Source: Ignavibacteriota bacterium (GTDB lineage: Bacteria; Bacteroidota; Ignavibacteria; UBA10030; UBA6906). From it: DNA of 64,000 bases. The position numbers and the translations under genes were made by a program. Below are positions 53,961-64,000 of the stretch, piece by piece (position 1 is the stretch's first letter; the number at the start of each line of letters is the position of its first letter). The stretch lies in the NCBI GenBank assembly GCA_963702445.1, contig CAVPCZ010000012.1:78668-142667 (forward strand). The letters are read 5' to 3'. The notes beneath the pieces are model-generated. The model saw only the letters and a program-made list of their open reading frames with translations. It was not told the origin of the DNA and did no database searches.

Positions 53961-54381
53961 ACTCCCCATAGAGGGTTGCAACGATCTCCCTGCTCCCACC
54001 CCTGTCACGGTGTTCGCACAGATAAATTCCCTGCCATGTGCCAAGGTTGAGACGGCCGTCCGTGACCGGTATGGTGAGGCTGTTGCCGAGCAGCGAGGCC
54101 TTGATATGCGCCGGCATGTCGTCGGAACCTTCGGTATCGTGCGTGTAGTGAGGAGCGTTTTCCGGTGCAATCACATTGAAGTGTCGTTCCAGATCCGACC
54201 GGACACTGGGATCGGCGTTCTCGTTGACGGTCAGCGATGCCGACGTATGCCGGATGAAGAGGTGCAGAATCCCCCGGCGTATACCGGAGAGTTCAGGAAT
54301 CCTGGAGAGGATCTCGGAAGTGACCAGATGAAAACCCCGCTTTCGCGGGGCAAGGACGAATTCTTTCTGGCTCCAGACCAT
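53959..54381 (-). CDS. yjbQ: YjbQ / UPF0047 family protein
   Basis: RGFHLVT, HTSASLTVNENADPSV, DMPAHIKASLLG, LGTWQGIYLCEHR; own GGAG RBS and ATG. Confidence 0.9.
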   Translation of the reverse strand: MVWSQKEFVLAPRKRGFHLVTSEILSRIPELSGIRRGILHLFIRHTSASLTVNENADPSVRSDLERHFNVIAPENAPHYTHDTEGSDDMPAHIKASLLGNSLTIPVTDGRLNLGTWQGIYLCEHRDRGGSREIVATLYGE

Positions 54382-54389
54382 CCGGACTC

Positions 54390-55224
54390 CTACCGAATCA
54401 AACCCAGTTTCTTCTCCGCCTCCCGGCCCGCTTCTTCCACGCTGCGATGCTCGCGGTCGAGCCTGTCCGTACTGCTTCACCGGCACAATACCCTGCGGGT
54501 TATAGTGATACCGGTCCACCCCGCGGCAGAGGTATGTGGTAAAATGCGGATTGACGGCGAGGTCGCATTTTACGTTCGTCCGGGAATACCGGATCGTCAA
54601 ACCGGCGCGCCGTTTGTCCGACGGATTGCCGGGGGATCCATGCACGAGTTTATCATCGTGTATGGACACTTCGCCGGCATGTAACGTGGCCGGCACGGCG
54701 ATGTCTTCCCGGAACTGCCCCCGTTCGCATTCCAGCATCAGCACGGAATCCGTTTCGCCGACACGCACGTGCTTCAACAGCCCCGCCGTATGGGAGCCGG
54801 GGATAACGGTCATCGCGCCGTTCTCGACCGTGCTGTCATCAAAGGCGAGCCAGACGGTCAGAGACTCGTGGGGGTCAAGGGGCCAGTAGTAGGCATCCTG
54901 GTGCCACCCGACAGTGGAGAGGCTCCGCGGTTCCTTGATGAAGAAGTTGCTCCCCCAGAGAAAGAAATCGGGGCCGAGGAGATCTTCCACATAGTCCAGG
55001 ATAACGGGATTCATGCAGATCTCGTAGAGAAACCGGCTGGATTCGTGCCATTCGCGGATTTCTTTGGAGGTTTCCCCCGGGCGGAGGAGCTTCAGCAGTT
55101 CATTCAGGCCGAGGTTCAGGTTCTTCATTTCCACCCCGGAAAATGCGGGTGGCAGCTTGTGCAGATAACCGATCCGCTCGAAATCCGACCGCTGTTCCGG
55201 TGTTAGCCGTTTCAGAACGGGCAT
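54390..55224 (-). CDS. Phytanoyl-CoA dioxygenase (PhyH) family Fe(II)/2-oxoglutarate dioxygenase (frameshift near 54465)
   Basis: FFIKEP, WHQDAYYW (HxD), ENGAMTVIPGSH, LVHGS, RRAGLTIRY; removing one base gives ...EAEKKLGLIR-stop. Confidence 0.87.
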
Positions 55225-55456
55225 CAGAAGTCCTCCTTTCGATGATTATCAAGATATGCCTCCTGGGAAACAGAAGCAAACCGTCCCGGTGCATAGATGC
55301 GGCCGGCGAAACGGCGTCTGCGCCGGGGATGTCCCCCGGAAAAAGAACAACGCCAGGAGAACGGTTGTTCCCCTGGCGTGTTGGGACGGGCGTATGCGCT
55401 CTTCAGGATTGTCCCGACTCCCGGACGGACCCGCGAGTTCCTCGCTTACCTGAGCA

Positions 55457-56206
55457 TCAGATCCTGTACCCGAGCATGATCAGCATCATTCCCACGGGTC
55501 TCTGATCCCCGTCAATGCTCATCTCCCGCTTCGGTATCGTCGTAAAGAATTCTTCGTTCAGCACGCGCGTGCCCCCATAGTACGGGCTCCCGACATCCAG
55601 ATAGCGGGCACTGATGTTGTATCCCCCGCCAAACTCCAGGCCGACTCCGAATTCATAGCCAAAACCCGCGAGGAATTTGAATGTCGATTCCTCCACCACA
55701 GAACCGGAGACAATGGCTTTTCGCGAAGCCTGCCGTGTGATGATCAGGCCTGCCTGGAGTGAACCATACAGACTCACGCCTTCCCCGACACCGAAGGTAT
55801 AGGTGAATCCGGTAAGGACAGGTATGCTGATCCAGCTGCCGGTTTCGAACTGTACCGACAGCGTATCCTTGAAATCCTTCGTGAAGAAGGCTGTCAGTTC
55901 CGAATTGTCCGTCGGGTTGGAAAGGAACTTTGCGCTGACGACCCACGCAAAGTCACTGCCGAGCAGAGTATTGCTGAGTTCGGCTCCCGCACCGAAACCG
56001 ATTTTCGCCAGTCCCGCATCTTCCCCGATATAGAACCCGAACCGGCGTGTGACTTCTGCACCGGACCCGATGTTTTCTCCGAACGCTCCCAGCGGGACGC
56101 TCATATTCCCGAAAAGCAGCAGCGAGAGAGGCTGATCCTGTGCGGAAAGCCCCGATGGGAAGAGCAGCAGCAGCAGGACCGGGGTGATGAAGAGCGTGTG
56201 TTTCAT
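55457..56206 (-). CDS. Small outer-membrane beta-barrel protein
   Basis: Signal peptide; alternating strands GFGAGAEL, SLYGSLQAGL, FGYEFGVGLEF; ends IMLGYRI. Confidence 0.8.
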   Translation of the reverse strand: MKHTLFITPVLLLLLFPSGLSAQDQPLSLLLFGNMSVPLGAFGENIGSGAEVTRRFGFYIGEDAGLAKIGFGAGAELSNTLLGSDFAWVVSAKFLSNPTDNSELTAFFTKDFKDTLSVQFETGSWISIPVLTGFTYTFGVGEGVSLYGSLQAGLIITRQASRKAIVSGSVVEESTFKFLAGFGYEFGVGLEFGGGYNISARYLDVGSPYYGGTRVLNEEFFTTIPKREMSIDGDQRPVGMMLIMLGYRI

Positions 56207-56254
56207 TCTCTCTCTCCGGGAACCGGCTCACCAGGGGCCGGATCATGAGCAACG

Positions 56255-56289
56255 GAATCTGCGGTGCCGTGCTTCAGCACCGCAGATTC
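56255..56289 (-). terminator. Intergenic stem-loop
   Basis: 13-bp perfect inverted repeat GAATCTGCGGTGC/GCACCGCAGATTC, 30 nt after the stop at 56320. Confidence 0.55.
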
Positions 56290-56319
56290 TTGGATCGTTT
56301 CGGAATGTTCGGAGGTCAG

Positions 56320-57990
56320 CTATTTTACGAGCAGCATCTTCATGGACCGTTGCGTGCCATCGGCCCTGAGTTGACAGTAATATACTCCGGATGCCACCGA
56401 CCTGCCTGAGGCATCCTGACCGTTCCAGACCAGGTTCTGGACTCCAGGCGCCTGGTCCTGGTTGTTTACCAGCGTGGCAATCTCCTGACCGAGGGCGTTG
56501 TAGACAGTCAGTGTGACCCGTGCCGCCCTGGGGAGCGCATACTGAATCCGCGTGGAGGGATTGAAGGGATTGGGATAATTCTGCTCGAGGCGGAATTCGG
56601 TTACAAGACCGTTCTCTTCGCCGACAGAGGTCACCCACGACTCCCATAACGCCTTCTTCGACGGGAACCAGTTCAGGTCGCCCAGAGGGAATCCGCCGTC
56701 ACCCGCCGTATAGGCGAGCTGCGTCGTCGGGTAATCAAAGTCAAACCGGTTCGCTTCAAGGCCGAATGAGCCCGGGTTTGTCGTGAGGCTGCCAATGCCG
56801 TTCCTGTCGGCACGTACATCGGGGTTGCTTGTGCCGGTGAAATTGGTGCTGTAACGGTACGTAAGGTATTTCACGAGACTATCGGACGTCGGGGCGTCGG
56901 TGAACTGGATCAGCTCTTCAAAATTGCCGGATTGCTTGAAGTTGGGCTGCGTTCTGAAGAACATGCTGTCGCCGTACAGACTGATGAACACCCCCGGTTT
57001 CACGGTATCCGCCCGGGCCGCCCAGAAGGATTTAAACACCGGCGACCAGCCGTACGAGTTGTTGCGGACAACCCAGTTCCGGTTGGATTCGGGCTCGGAG
57101 CCAAGAGAGTCGACATAGATGATCGGCATACGGTCCAGAGGATTGATGGTGGTGGGATGCCTCAACGATTCCAGATTGAAATCCTGGAAAATATTGTTGG
57201 TTATCCGCACATTGATGCCTCTGCGGAGTTCAAGTCCTCCGCCGATCTTCCAGCCGCTGGTGGTACTTTGTCCGTACAGACCCTGATAGAACGTGTTGTG
57301 ATCGAAAATGAGAGTGTTGATCAATGCGCCGTCCGTCCTGAACATGCGCTGGGAGTTCACATAGAAGGTATTGTTGATCCACACGATGCTGTCCGCACGA
57401 AGGCCGCGGCCATCGAAGAACCGGCCGTTGGAGGGGGTCGCGAGATCGATGGAATTGCGGAATTCACAGTTGAGGAAGAAGATGCGTGTGAAGTTGCCGT
57501 ACGTCCGGATATGGGACTGGCGGGAATGATCAATGTGTACGCCGTCCAGTATCACCTTCGTGCTGTCGCCGTAGATCGCTATAGTATACCGGTCCTGCTT
57601 GCCGATATCGTCAATGCCGGATATGTAAAGGTTTTTGAAATGCGCAGGTCCCTCACAGTACGCAAAGTCATCGTTGGCGCCGGTCTGGTCGACGGCCATA
57701 ATAATGACGGGTTTCGCACCTGTCCCGTCCGCCGCCCACACGCGCAGAGGCGCCTTCTTGATATTCACAATGCGCCCGTTGAGGAGATAGGTGCCTCCGC
57801 GTGCAAGACGGTAGACGCGGTTCAGGGATTTGGGCATTCCGGCCGCAGTCGTATCACCTTCAACGGCAAGGTTGAGCGTTTCATAGCCGGGAGGCACATC
57901 GATGTAGTCCCATGTTTGGGCTGTCGCTCTCGGAAGGGCGACAAAGAGAAACAGGGACAGCGCAAGCAGGAGCCAGGATGCATGTTTCAT
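56320..57990 (-). CDS. T9SS-secreted beta-helix (pectin-lyase-like fold) protein with CTD
   Basis: AGGAG RBS, signal peptide, VYRLARGGTY, INNTFY/DHNTFY/TNNIF coils, [21 protein letters not shown]...MKMLLVK. Confidence 0.85.
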   Translation of the reverse strand: MKHASWLLLALSLFLFVALPRATAQTWDYIDVPPGYETLNLAVEGDTTAAGMPKSLNRVYRLARGGTYLLNGRIVNIKKAPLRVWAADGTGAKPVIIMAVDQTGANDDFAYCEGPAHFKNLYISGIDDIGKQDRYTIAIYGDSTKVILDGVHIDHSRQSHIRTYGNFTRIFFLNCEFRNSIDLATPSNGRFFDGRGLRADSIVWINNTFYVNSQRMFRTDGALINTLIFDHNTFYQGLYGQSTTSGWKIGGGLELRRGINVRITNNIFQDFNLESLRHPTTINPLDRMPIIYVDSLGSEPESNRNWVVRNNSYGWSPVFKSFWAARADTVKPGVFISLYGDSMFFRTQPNFKQSGNFEELIQFTDAPTSDSLVKYLTYRYSTNFTGTSNPDVRADRNGIGSLTTNPGSFGLEANRFDFDYPTTQLAYTAGDGGFPLGDLNWFPSKKALWESWVTSVGEENGLVTEFRLEQNYPNPFNPSTRIQYALPRAARVTLTVYNALGQEIATLVNNQDQAPGVQNLVWNGQDASGRSVASGVYYCQLRADGTQRSMKMLLVK

Positions 57991-58078
57991 ATGATCTCCT
58001 TGTGAGTTGCAGAATGTGGTGCGATCGCCGCTCCCATAGTAGTGGTGACATCAGGCTCCCGGTGAGCGATCCCGGAGG

Positions 58079-60982
58079 CTAGAAGTTGACGCTGAATCCG
58101 ATGTCTGTCGTCCATCCGTAGTATTCGCGAGCCGTGGCATACCGGGCGGTTTGCATGTACGATTCGTCGGGCTCGTTGGTGAAGTTGTTCAGATTGAAAT
58201 ACAGAGTGAAAGCTTCGGAAAAGTCATACTTCAGAGAGAGATCCCAACGCTCGAAGGTATTGGTGAACCCGTCCAGCTCTTCACGAACCCCGACGAACGT
58301 GAGCGTTTTCCCCTGGAGCGCCACTGAAACCCGCCCGGAGAATCCGCCCAGGTCGTACCCCAGAGCGACGTTGGCGATATCGGACGCCTGATCAGGCATG
58401 TACCCGGCGCGAAACGTATCAATGACCGACGTGAGCCGGTACGGGAAGACCGGTATGCGTTCCTCCCTCACAAAAGAGATGGGAAAGTTGGTGCTTGACC
58501 AGATATGGGTATAGTTTGCGCTCAGCACAAAGCCGTCAAATGGACGGGGCAACCACTTGAAATTGGTTTGCCACTCGGCTTCCAGGCCTTTGACCTCGGT
58601 TTTGAACGGATTGTTTTCCGGACGGGAGATGGTGTATCCGACATAATTCCTGTCGACGCCCTCCTTGACAGGGTCGAGAATCACGTGGCCGCTGCGCAGG
58701 TAGATAAGGTTGGTGATATCCTTGTAAAAGCCGCCGAACGTGAAGAGCCCGATGCTATTCGTGTAGAAAGAGATGTACGCGTCATAGTTGGTGGAGTACT
58801 GCGGTTCCAACCGCGAATTGCCGAATTCCAGGAGGAGTTCGGAGGCCTTGATCTTCTTGGAGGGAATGATGTAATCCATTCGGGGATAGGAGACGGTCTG
58901 TGTATACGCCAGGCGCACATCAAACCAATCCGTCGGTCTCACGCGCAGGTGTATCATCGGGAACCATTGCGAATAGGTGATGGTCGAAGTCGTATCCTGG
59001 ACCCGCTCGTCATCCAGCAACCCCTCATCCTCCGGTGTGTTGACGACGCCGGACCGGCCTTGAGCGTCAATGTGGATTTTTTCGTACCTCACACCCGGCA
59101 TGAACGTCACGAGTGTCCCGAAGTTCAATTCCGTCATGGCATAGCCCGCCCCCAGCAGATCGGTGACGGTGTAGTCGTCCATGTCCCTCTGGAGGGAGAA
59201 GCGGTAGACGTTGTCGTAGAGATACGTCTTCAGGAAATGGTCCAGCTCCTTCGGATTCAGCCCCGGGCCGTATGTGTAGCGGCCATCCAGAAATTCCCCC
59301 GCGTCGAAAAGCGGATCGGTATAGTACCGCATGTACGCATAGCCGGTTCCCGGCATACGATCGTAGGTGAATCCCGGTTTGCCATACTGGGAATGCGAGC
59401 GACCGAAATTGGAGTCAGTGATGTCCAGGCGCCTTGAGGCATAGTTCCTGTCCCGTTCCCGGATTTTTTCCCTGATTTTGGTGCCGGCCTTCACGCTCCC
59501 GACGATGTTCTGGGTGATCGCGTATGGCCATTTGACATTCACCTGTGCGGCCAGATCCCGTTCATAAGCTTCTTCAGGTTCAAATTCCCCGTCATAAAGG
59601 TAGGCGTTCTGCACCCTGTTGTACGCGTTGTTGATGATGTCATCCGGAGAGGCAATGGGGGGGATGTTGCCCGTGTTGAAAGCCCCGGCCTCTTCAAACT
59701 GGAACCGGCTGTTATACGGGTAGCGAGTGCTGGAAGCGGCGCGTGAGAGTTTCCAGTTGAGGGACAACACCGAGAGATCGTGCTCTCCCGCGATGGAGTT
59801 GGTGAGAATCTGTATCTGTCTCTGGCGGTCCCGGAGGTAGTACTTCATCTTGTTGCTGCCCGACATGTCGAAGCGTCTGGTATTGATAACCTCGTTACGG
59901 TCCAGACGGCTCAGGAAATTGTTCGAGATGATCTTCCCGCCGGGGATTTCGTAGTCCATCATCACGCTGAAGCCGTACCGTTTCCGGACATCCACCGTGT
60001 GAATGAAGGTTGCGGAGAGGGTCGTAATGGGCGCAAACTCTTCGCCCGGACGTTTTTCACGCGCGACGTCATACACCGCGGTAAACTGGTCCGAACCCCG
60101 CTGTGTCTCCTCCACATTTCCGGAAACCAGGAGTCCGAAGGATTCATTAAAGAACCGGTTGCTGAAGGTCATGCGGCCCTTGTATTCCCCCAGCTCACGG
60201 CGTTCATGGTTGTATCCATCCTGGAAACGAATGTTGCCCTTGAATCCCCCATGGGCGGCCGAAGTCAACTGAAAGTCCACCGTGCCGCCGAACGCGTCGG
60301 CGTCCTTGTCGGGCGTGAGCGCCTTGGTCACTTCGATGCCTGCCAGAATCTCCGGGGCAATCATGCTGAGGTCAACGCTCCGGTCATCCAGATCCGTTGA
60401 GGGGATGCGATCACCGGCGATCGTGATGGCATTGTAGGTGGGGGACAGTCCGCGAATGATGACCTTCGAACCTTCTCCTCCGCTGCGCTGAATGGAAACA
60501 CCCGGCAGCCTTCCGACGGACTCGGCCGCATTTGCGTCGGGGAGTTCCTGGATCTTCTCGGCCGAAACGACGTTGGTGATGGTGTTGGAGGTCAACTGAC
60601 GGTTGATCGCCGCCGCCTGTCCCACCGCTTGTGCTGTGACAACGATGCCTTCTCCCTCGAGTACGTCAATGGCGAGGGAGACATTCAGTTCAACGGTGGT
60701 ATCGGCAACGATCTCGATCTGGAGGGATTTGCTTTTGAAACCGATATACGAAACCTTGAGCGTGTGTCTGCCCGCAGGGATCTTTGTTATTGAATAGCGA
60801 CCTTGGAGGTCAGTCGCGGCGCCAAATGCGGTGCCGGTGAGGGCAACATGTGCCCCCATGAGGGGCTGGTGTTCCGCAGCATCGGTAATAACTCCCCTGA
60901 CACCACCCTGGCCATACAGGGATGCCGAAACAGAAAACAAGAAAGCAGGAAGAAGAAGAAAGAAGGTGGATATGCTCTTCAT
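58079..60982 (-). CDS. TonB-dependent receptor
   Basis: Carboxypeptidase-like N-domain; plug LPDANAAESVGRLPGVS...IRGL, IEVTKALTPDKDADAFGG; GNSRLEP; C-terminal IGFSVNF. Confidence 0.95.
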   Translation of the reverse strand: MKSISTFFLLLPAFLFSVSASLYGQGGVRGVITDAAEHQPLMGAHVALTGTAFGAATDLQGRYSITKIPAGRHTLKVSYIGFKSKSLQIEIVADTTVELNVSLAIDVLEGEGIVVTAQAVGQAAAINRQLTSNTITNVVSAEKIQELPDANAAESVGRLPGVSIQRSGGEGSKVIIRGLSPTYNAITIAGDRIPSTDLDDRSVDLSMIAPEILAGIEVTKALTPDKDADAFGGTVDFQLTSAAHGGFKGNIRFQDGYNHERRELGEYKGRMTFSNRFFNESFGLLVSGNVEETQRGSDQFTAVYDVAREKRPGEEFAPITTLSATFIHTVDVRKRYGFSVMMDYEIPGGKIISNNFLSRLDRNEVINTRRFDMSGSNKMKYYLRDRQRQIQILTNSIAGEHDLSVLSLNWKLSRAASSTRYPYNSRFQFEEAGAFNTGNIPPIASPDDIINNAYNRVQNAYLYDGEFEPEEAYERDLAAQVNVKWPYAITQNIVGSVKAGTKIREKIRERDRNYASRRLDITDSNFGRSHSQYGKPGFTYDRMPGTGYAYMRYYTDPLFDAGEFLDGRYTYGPGLNPKELDHFLKTYLYDNVYRFSLQRDMDDYTVTDLLGAGYAMTELNFGTLVTFMPGVRYEKIHIDAQGRSGVVNTPEDEGLLDDERVQDTTSTITYSQWFPMIHLRVRPTDWFDVRLAYTQTVSYPRMDYIIPSKKIKASELLLEFGNSRLEPQYSTNYDAYISFYTNSIGLFTFGGFYKDITNLIYLRSGHVILDPVKEGVDRNYVGYTISRPENNPFKTEVKGLEAEWQTNFKWLPRPFDGFVLSANYTHIWSSTNFPISFVREERIPVFPYRLTSVIDTFRAGYMPDQASDIANVALGYDLGGFSGRVSVALQGKTLTFVGVREELDGFTNTFERWDLSLKYDFSEAFTLYFNLNNFTNEPDESYMQTARYATAREYYGWTTDIGFSVNF

Positions 60983-61101
60983 CAGCGCTCTCCTTCGGGA
61001 GTTGCCTTCATATCCGAAGAATTGAAAATGGCTCAGTCAGATTCCGGCCATGGAGCAAGGTTGATTTGATGCACGAATCAAATAGTATACATGGTATATT
61101 A

Positions 61102-61130
61102 AACATATGAACGTTTAATTGGATTGTCAA
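61102..61130 (-). promoter_or_regulatory. Sigma70-type promoter for the second TonB locus
   Basis: Minus strand TTGACA, 17-bp spacer, TATGTT within an AT-rich divergent intergenic region. Confidence 0.55.
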
Positions 61131-61329
61131 GTGAAATCGTCTCAAATACACATCAGAAATCAGTACTCTATTGACTCTTTCGATCATATTCCTTAGGATA
61201 AGAAATATCGAATGGACTATATATATAGCATGCCTAATATACCATTTCGCTCATCCTGGAACGAATCGTCACCCGATCGATTTCGCCAGCGACGGCGAAC
61301 CCTCTGTTACCTCTGGAAGCAGCCCACTG

Positions 61330-62937
61330 ATGAAATCACTCTTCGTCTTCTGCGGTCTTCTCCTGATTTCTCTTGTTCCCCTGACTGCCGAGGCAAATGA
61401 TCCTCCCCGGCTCGTGGTATTCATCTCTATCGATCAGCTTCGAGCCGACCACCTGGAACGCTACCGACAGCTCTACACGGCGGGCTTTCAGAAAATGCTC
61501 TCCGAAGGGACTGCGTTTTCCAATGCCGGCCTCAACTACGCCGTTAGCTCCACAGGACCCGGCCATGCCACGCTCGGGACAGGCGTCTACCCCTGGAAAA
61601 GCGGAATCGTTTCCAACAACTGGACCGACCGCCTTACCAGCCGCAGGGTGTATTGCGTGGAGGATTCAACCGCGCGGCCGGTTGACGGCGAAGGAGGTGG
61701 ACGGTCGCCCCGGCTTCTCCGCGCAACAGCGCTGGGCGACTGGTTGCAGACAGCTTCCCCACGCTCGAAGGTGATCTCCCTCTCATACAAAGACCGTGCG
61801 GCGATTCTCATGGGAGGCAAACAACCCACTGGAGCATTCTGGTACGACCGGAAAACCGGCCGTATGGTCACATCATCCTACTACATGAGCACCATCCCGG
61901 CATGGGCCCGGGCCTTCAACGACAGCCAATGGGTGGCACGACACACACCCCCTGCATGGACGAAACTGAAGGGGGAAGAGGCCTACATCCCCTTCGGCAC
62001 TGATACCTTCCCCGGAGAGGAACCGTGGGATGGAAAGACAGCCTTCCCGCACGTTTTTGACCCGGGCACACTCACCGCCCGGGTATTTGACTCACCCTTC
62101 GGGAATACCTATCTGCTGGACTTCGCCCGGGCCGCCCTTCATGGAGAGAAGCTGGGTCAACGGGGGGACACCGATCTCCTGTGCGTATCCCTTTCCGCCA
62201 CAGACAATATCGGGAGCTCGTTCGGCCCGAATAGCCATGAGATGATAGACAACCTGGTGCGTCTCGATGCCGCTCTCGGCGAGTTCATGGCAGATCTTGA
62301 AGCACTCGTCAGGCCCGAGCAACTCCTGGTGATCCTCTCGGGCGATCACGGGGTGATGCAGCTCCCCGAGTACTTGCAGCGGATTGAACGCCGGGAAGCC
62401 CGCCGGTTTGACAACAGCAAAGCCATTGAACGTGAGTTGAAGCAGCTGGATTCCCTCCTGCGCTTCGAATGCCGGGCCGCCGACCGGCTGATCCGGAAAG
62501 GCATGCTCAATTACGATGCGGCACGGATGGCCGGCCTTTCCGACAGCGTGTTCGAACGGCGCATCCGCACTGTGTTGCTGGCAATTGACGGTGTTTCCGA
62601 TGTCTATTTCCGGCGCGAGCTGCTCGATCCCGCCACCCCACCCAGACCCTACCTCCAATCCTACAGGCATAGCACCCAGGCAGACCGCAGCCCCGATTTC
62701 TCCATCCGTGATTGCGAGAACTGCCTCATCACGTCGGACTCCACGGGAACCTCCCACGGCTCCCCCTATGCGTATGATACCACCGTCCCCATTGTCTTCT
62801 GGGGCCAAACGATCCCTGCGCAAAGGGTCGACCGGGAAGTTCATACCGTTGACATCGCAGCCACGCTGGCCAGATTGCTTGGCCTGGAGGCTCCCGCGAA
62901 TCTTGACGGCGCTGTTCTGCCCGAAATCACCCGGTAA
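61330..62937 (+). CDS. Alkaline phosphatase superfamily, PafA/PhoK-like
   Basis: ISIDQLR, Thr-nucleophile STGPGHATLGTG, KDRAAILMGG, SATDNIG, SGDHG, SHGSPYAYD; signal peptide. Confidence 0.88.
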   Translation: MKSLFVFCGLLLISLVPLTAEANDPPRLVVFISIDQLRADHLERYRQLYTAGFQKMLSEGTAFSNAGLNYAVSSTGPGHATLGTGVYPWKSGIVSNNWTDRLTSRRVYCVEDSTARPVDGEGGGRSPRLLRATALGDWLQTASPRSKVISLSYKDRAAILMGGKQPTGAFWYDRKTGRMVTSSYYMSTIPAWARAFNDSQWVARHTPPAWTKLKGEEAYIPFGTDTFPGEEPWDGKTAFPHVFDPGTLTARVFDSPFGNTYLLDFARAALHGEKLGQRGDTDLLCVSLSATDNIGSSFGPNSHEMIDNLVRLDAALGEFMADLEALVRPEQLLVILSGDHGVMQLPEYLQRIERREARRFDNSKAIERELKQLDSLLRFECRAADRLIRKGMLNYDAARMAGLSDSVFERRIRTVLLAIDGVSDVYFRRELLDPATPPRPYLQSYRHSTQADRSPDFSIRDCENCLITSDSTGTSHGSPYAYDTTVPIVFWGQTIPAQRVDREVHTVDIAATLARLLGLEAPANLDGAVLPEITR

Positions 62938-63154
62938 CATCTGGCAGATGTCGAGTTTCCTTCGTATGTTGCGGAGAACCACTCTGGAGGTTCATGGGTT
63001 CTCCTGTTACCACCGGCAATAACGGCCGCGGGGCCATCCGCGATGAATACGCGCGGCGTCTCCCCGCGCCTGACGGTGCCCGTGTACGCGCAACCACTGC
63101 GTTGCTCCGGGTTTTTGATGCTCTCAGGTCGTCAACACCCCGGGACGTAAGGCA

Positions 63155-64000
63155 ATGAGCCCGCTTACGGAGTCCCGGACATGGCTCATGACCACGGCCC
63201 GCGAGGCGGGCGATCGATACTACGATCCCGCAACTGAACGCTGCCTGATCGCCCGGGATACCTGCTGGTATGCGATCAGCCTCCTCTTCGATGAATCTCC
63301 CCACCGCCGCATCCTCGGAAATTATCTCCTCGGATCGGTAAAAGCCGAGGACGGCACGCACACGCCCGCCACCCTCCTGGCAATCCTGCACAGGATACCC
63401 GGAAGCATCACACCTGACGTCTGCAGCCATCTGCAGATCTCCGTCAAAGAACGGCTCGTTGATGCGGCGCTCACGGAATGGCGAGACGGAAACGTCAACC
63501 ATCCTCTCGGTGCGTACTGCACTCTCATCCTCGGCGGGGAGATGGCCGGACAACAGTGGGCGACCGATCTCGGTCTCCGCCGGCTTACCCTTTTCCGCGA
63601 ACGGATCGGGGAACACCGGAGCCGGCACCGCCGACAGGCGGAAATGTCGGAGTACAACAGCCCCACGTACACCGCACTGACCCTCTGGTTCCTGTCACTG
63701 ATCGCGGAACATTCCACCACGGAAGCGGCGCCGCCGCCTGGCGCTCTTTCTCGAAGAACGGCTCTGGGTGGATGTCGCCATGCATTTTCACGCGCCCAGC
63801 CAGCAATTCGCAGGTCCTCACTCACGATCCTATCAGGATGATTCCGTCGGAGGATTCTCCGCACTCCACTGCACGATGCTCGCGGCATTCGAGGAACCTC
63901 TCTTTCTTTTTCCCGAGCTCTGCTACCGGTTCAACCATCCCTCCACGCTCGTGCAGAATGCACTGGTCGCCATTCTTCCCTTCCACGTTCCCCCGCTGGC
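63155..64000 (+). CDS. Hypothetical helical (alpha-toroid-like) protein, partial; frameshift near 63730
   Basis: NVNH, SEYNSPTY motifs; the shifted frame continues RLALFLEERLWVDVAMHFHAPSQQFAGPHSRSY and runs off the window. Confidence 0.65.

Noticed and set aside
53959-55224. Apparent PhyH-YjbQ fusion (421-aa ORF)
   Set aside because: Removing one base near 54465 gives PhyH a natural C-terminus and a TAG at 54390. YjbQ has its own GGAG RBS and ATG at 54381, and the linker reads as out-of-frame sequence.

Overview
GC-rich bacterial chromosomal segment, most likely from the Ignavibacteria/Chlorobi side of the Bacteroidota-Chlorobi superphylum. This is inferred from six proteins with T9SS-type '(N)PNPF' C-terminal sorting domains, a PorV-family barrel, TonB-dependent receptors without SusD partners, and E. 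coli-like TTGACA-N17-TAnnnT promoters. Many single-base indels split otherwise intact genes, which suggests long-read consensus error. I found no rRNA, tRNA, CRISPR array or transposase. Layout: (i) 0-10 kb, mixed genes (PRTase-TM-SH3 protein, CBM9/DUF5916 protein, PP2C phosphatase, thermonuclease, archaeal-type ThyA); (ii) 10-16.5 kb, a ~1890-aa T9SS-secreted mosaic metalloprotease/vWA protein containing a 7x GFN(Y/W)QG repeat; (iii) 16.6-22.3 kb, an RsbU/RsbW/RsbV-like partner-switching module; (iv) 22.4-49.9 kb, a ~27-kb co-oriented minus-strand locus with a LacI repressor: TonB receptor, CTD protein, PorV, ribokinase, LVIVD and NHL propeller proteins, two hydrolases, sugar ABC transporter, four ADP-ribosylglycohydrolase (ARH) paralogs, a CitD-CitE fusion and CitF; (v) 50-64 kb, metallophosphoesterase, OMP/lipoprotein pair, a second TonB locus with PhyH and YjbQ, and a PafA-like phosphatase. 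The best candidates for an undescribed system are the ARH-citrate lyase-ribokinase utilisation locus and, inside it, two adjacent genes that appear to have swapped 5' halves, leaving a six-bladed NHL propeller split between a CTD-less hydrolase (blades 1-5) and a small T9SS-tagged protein (blade 6).
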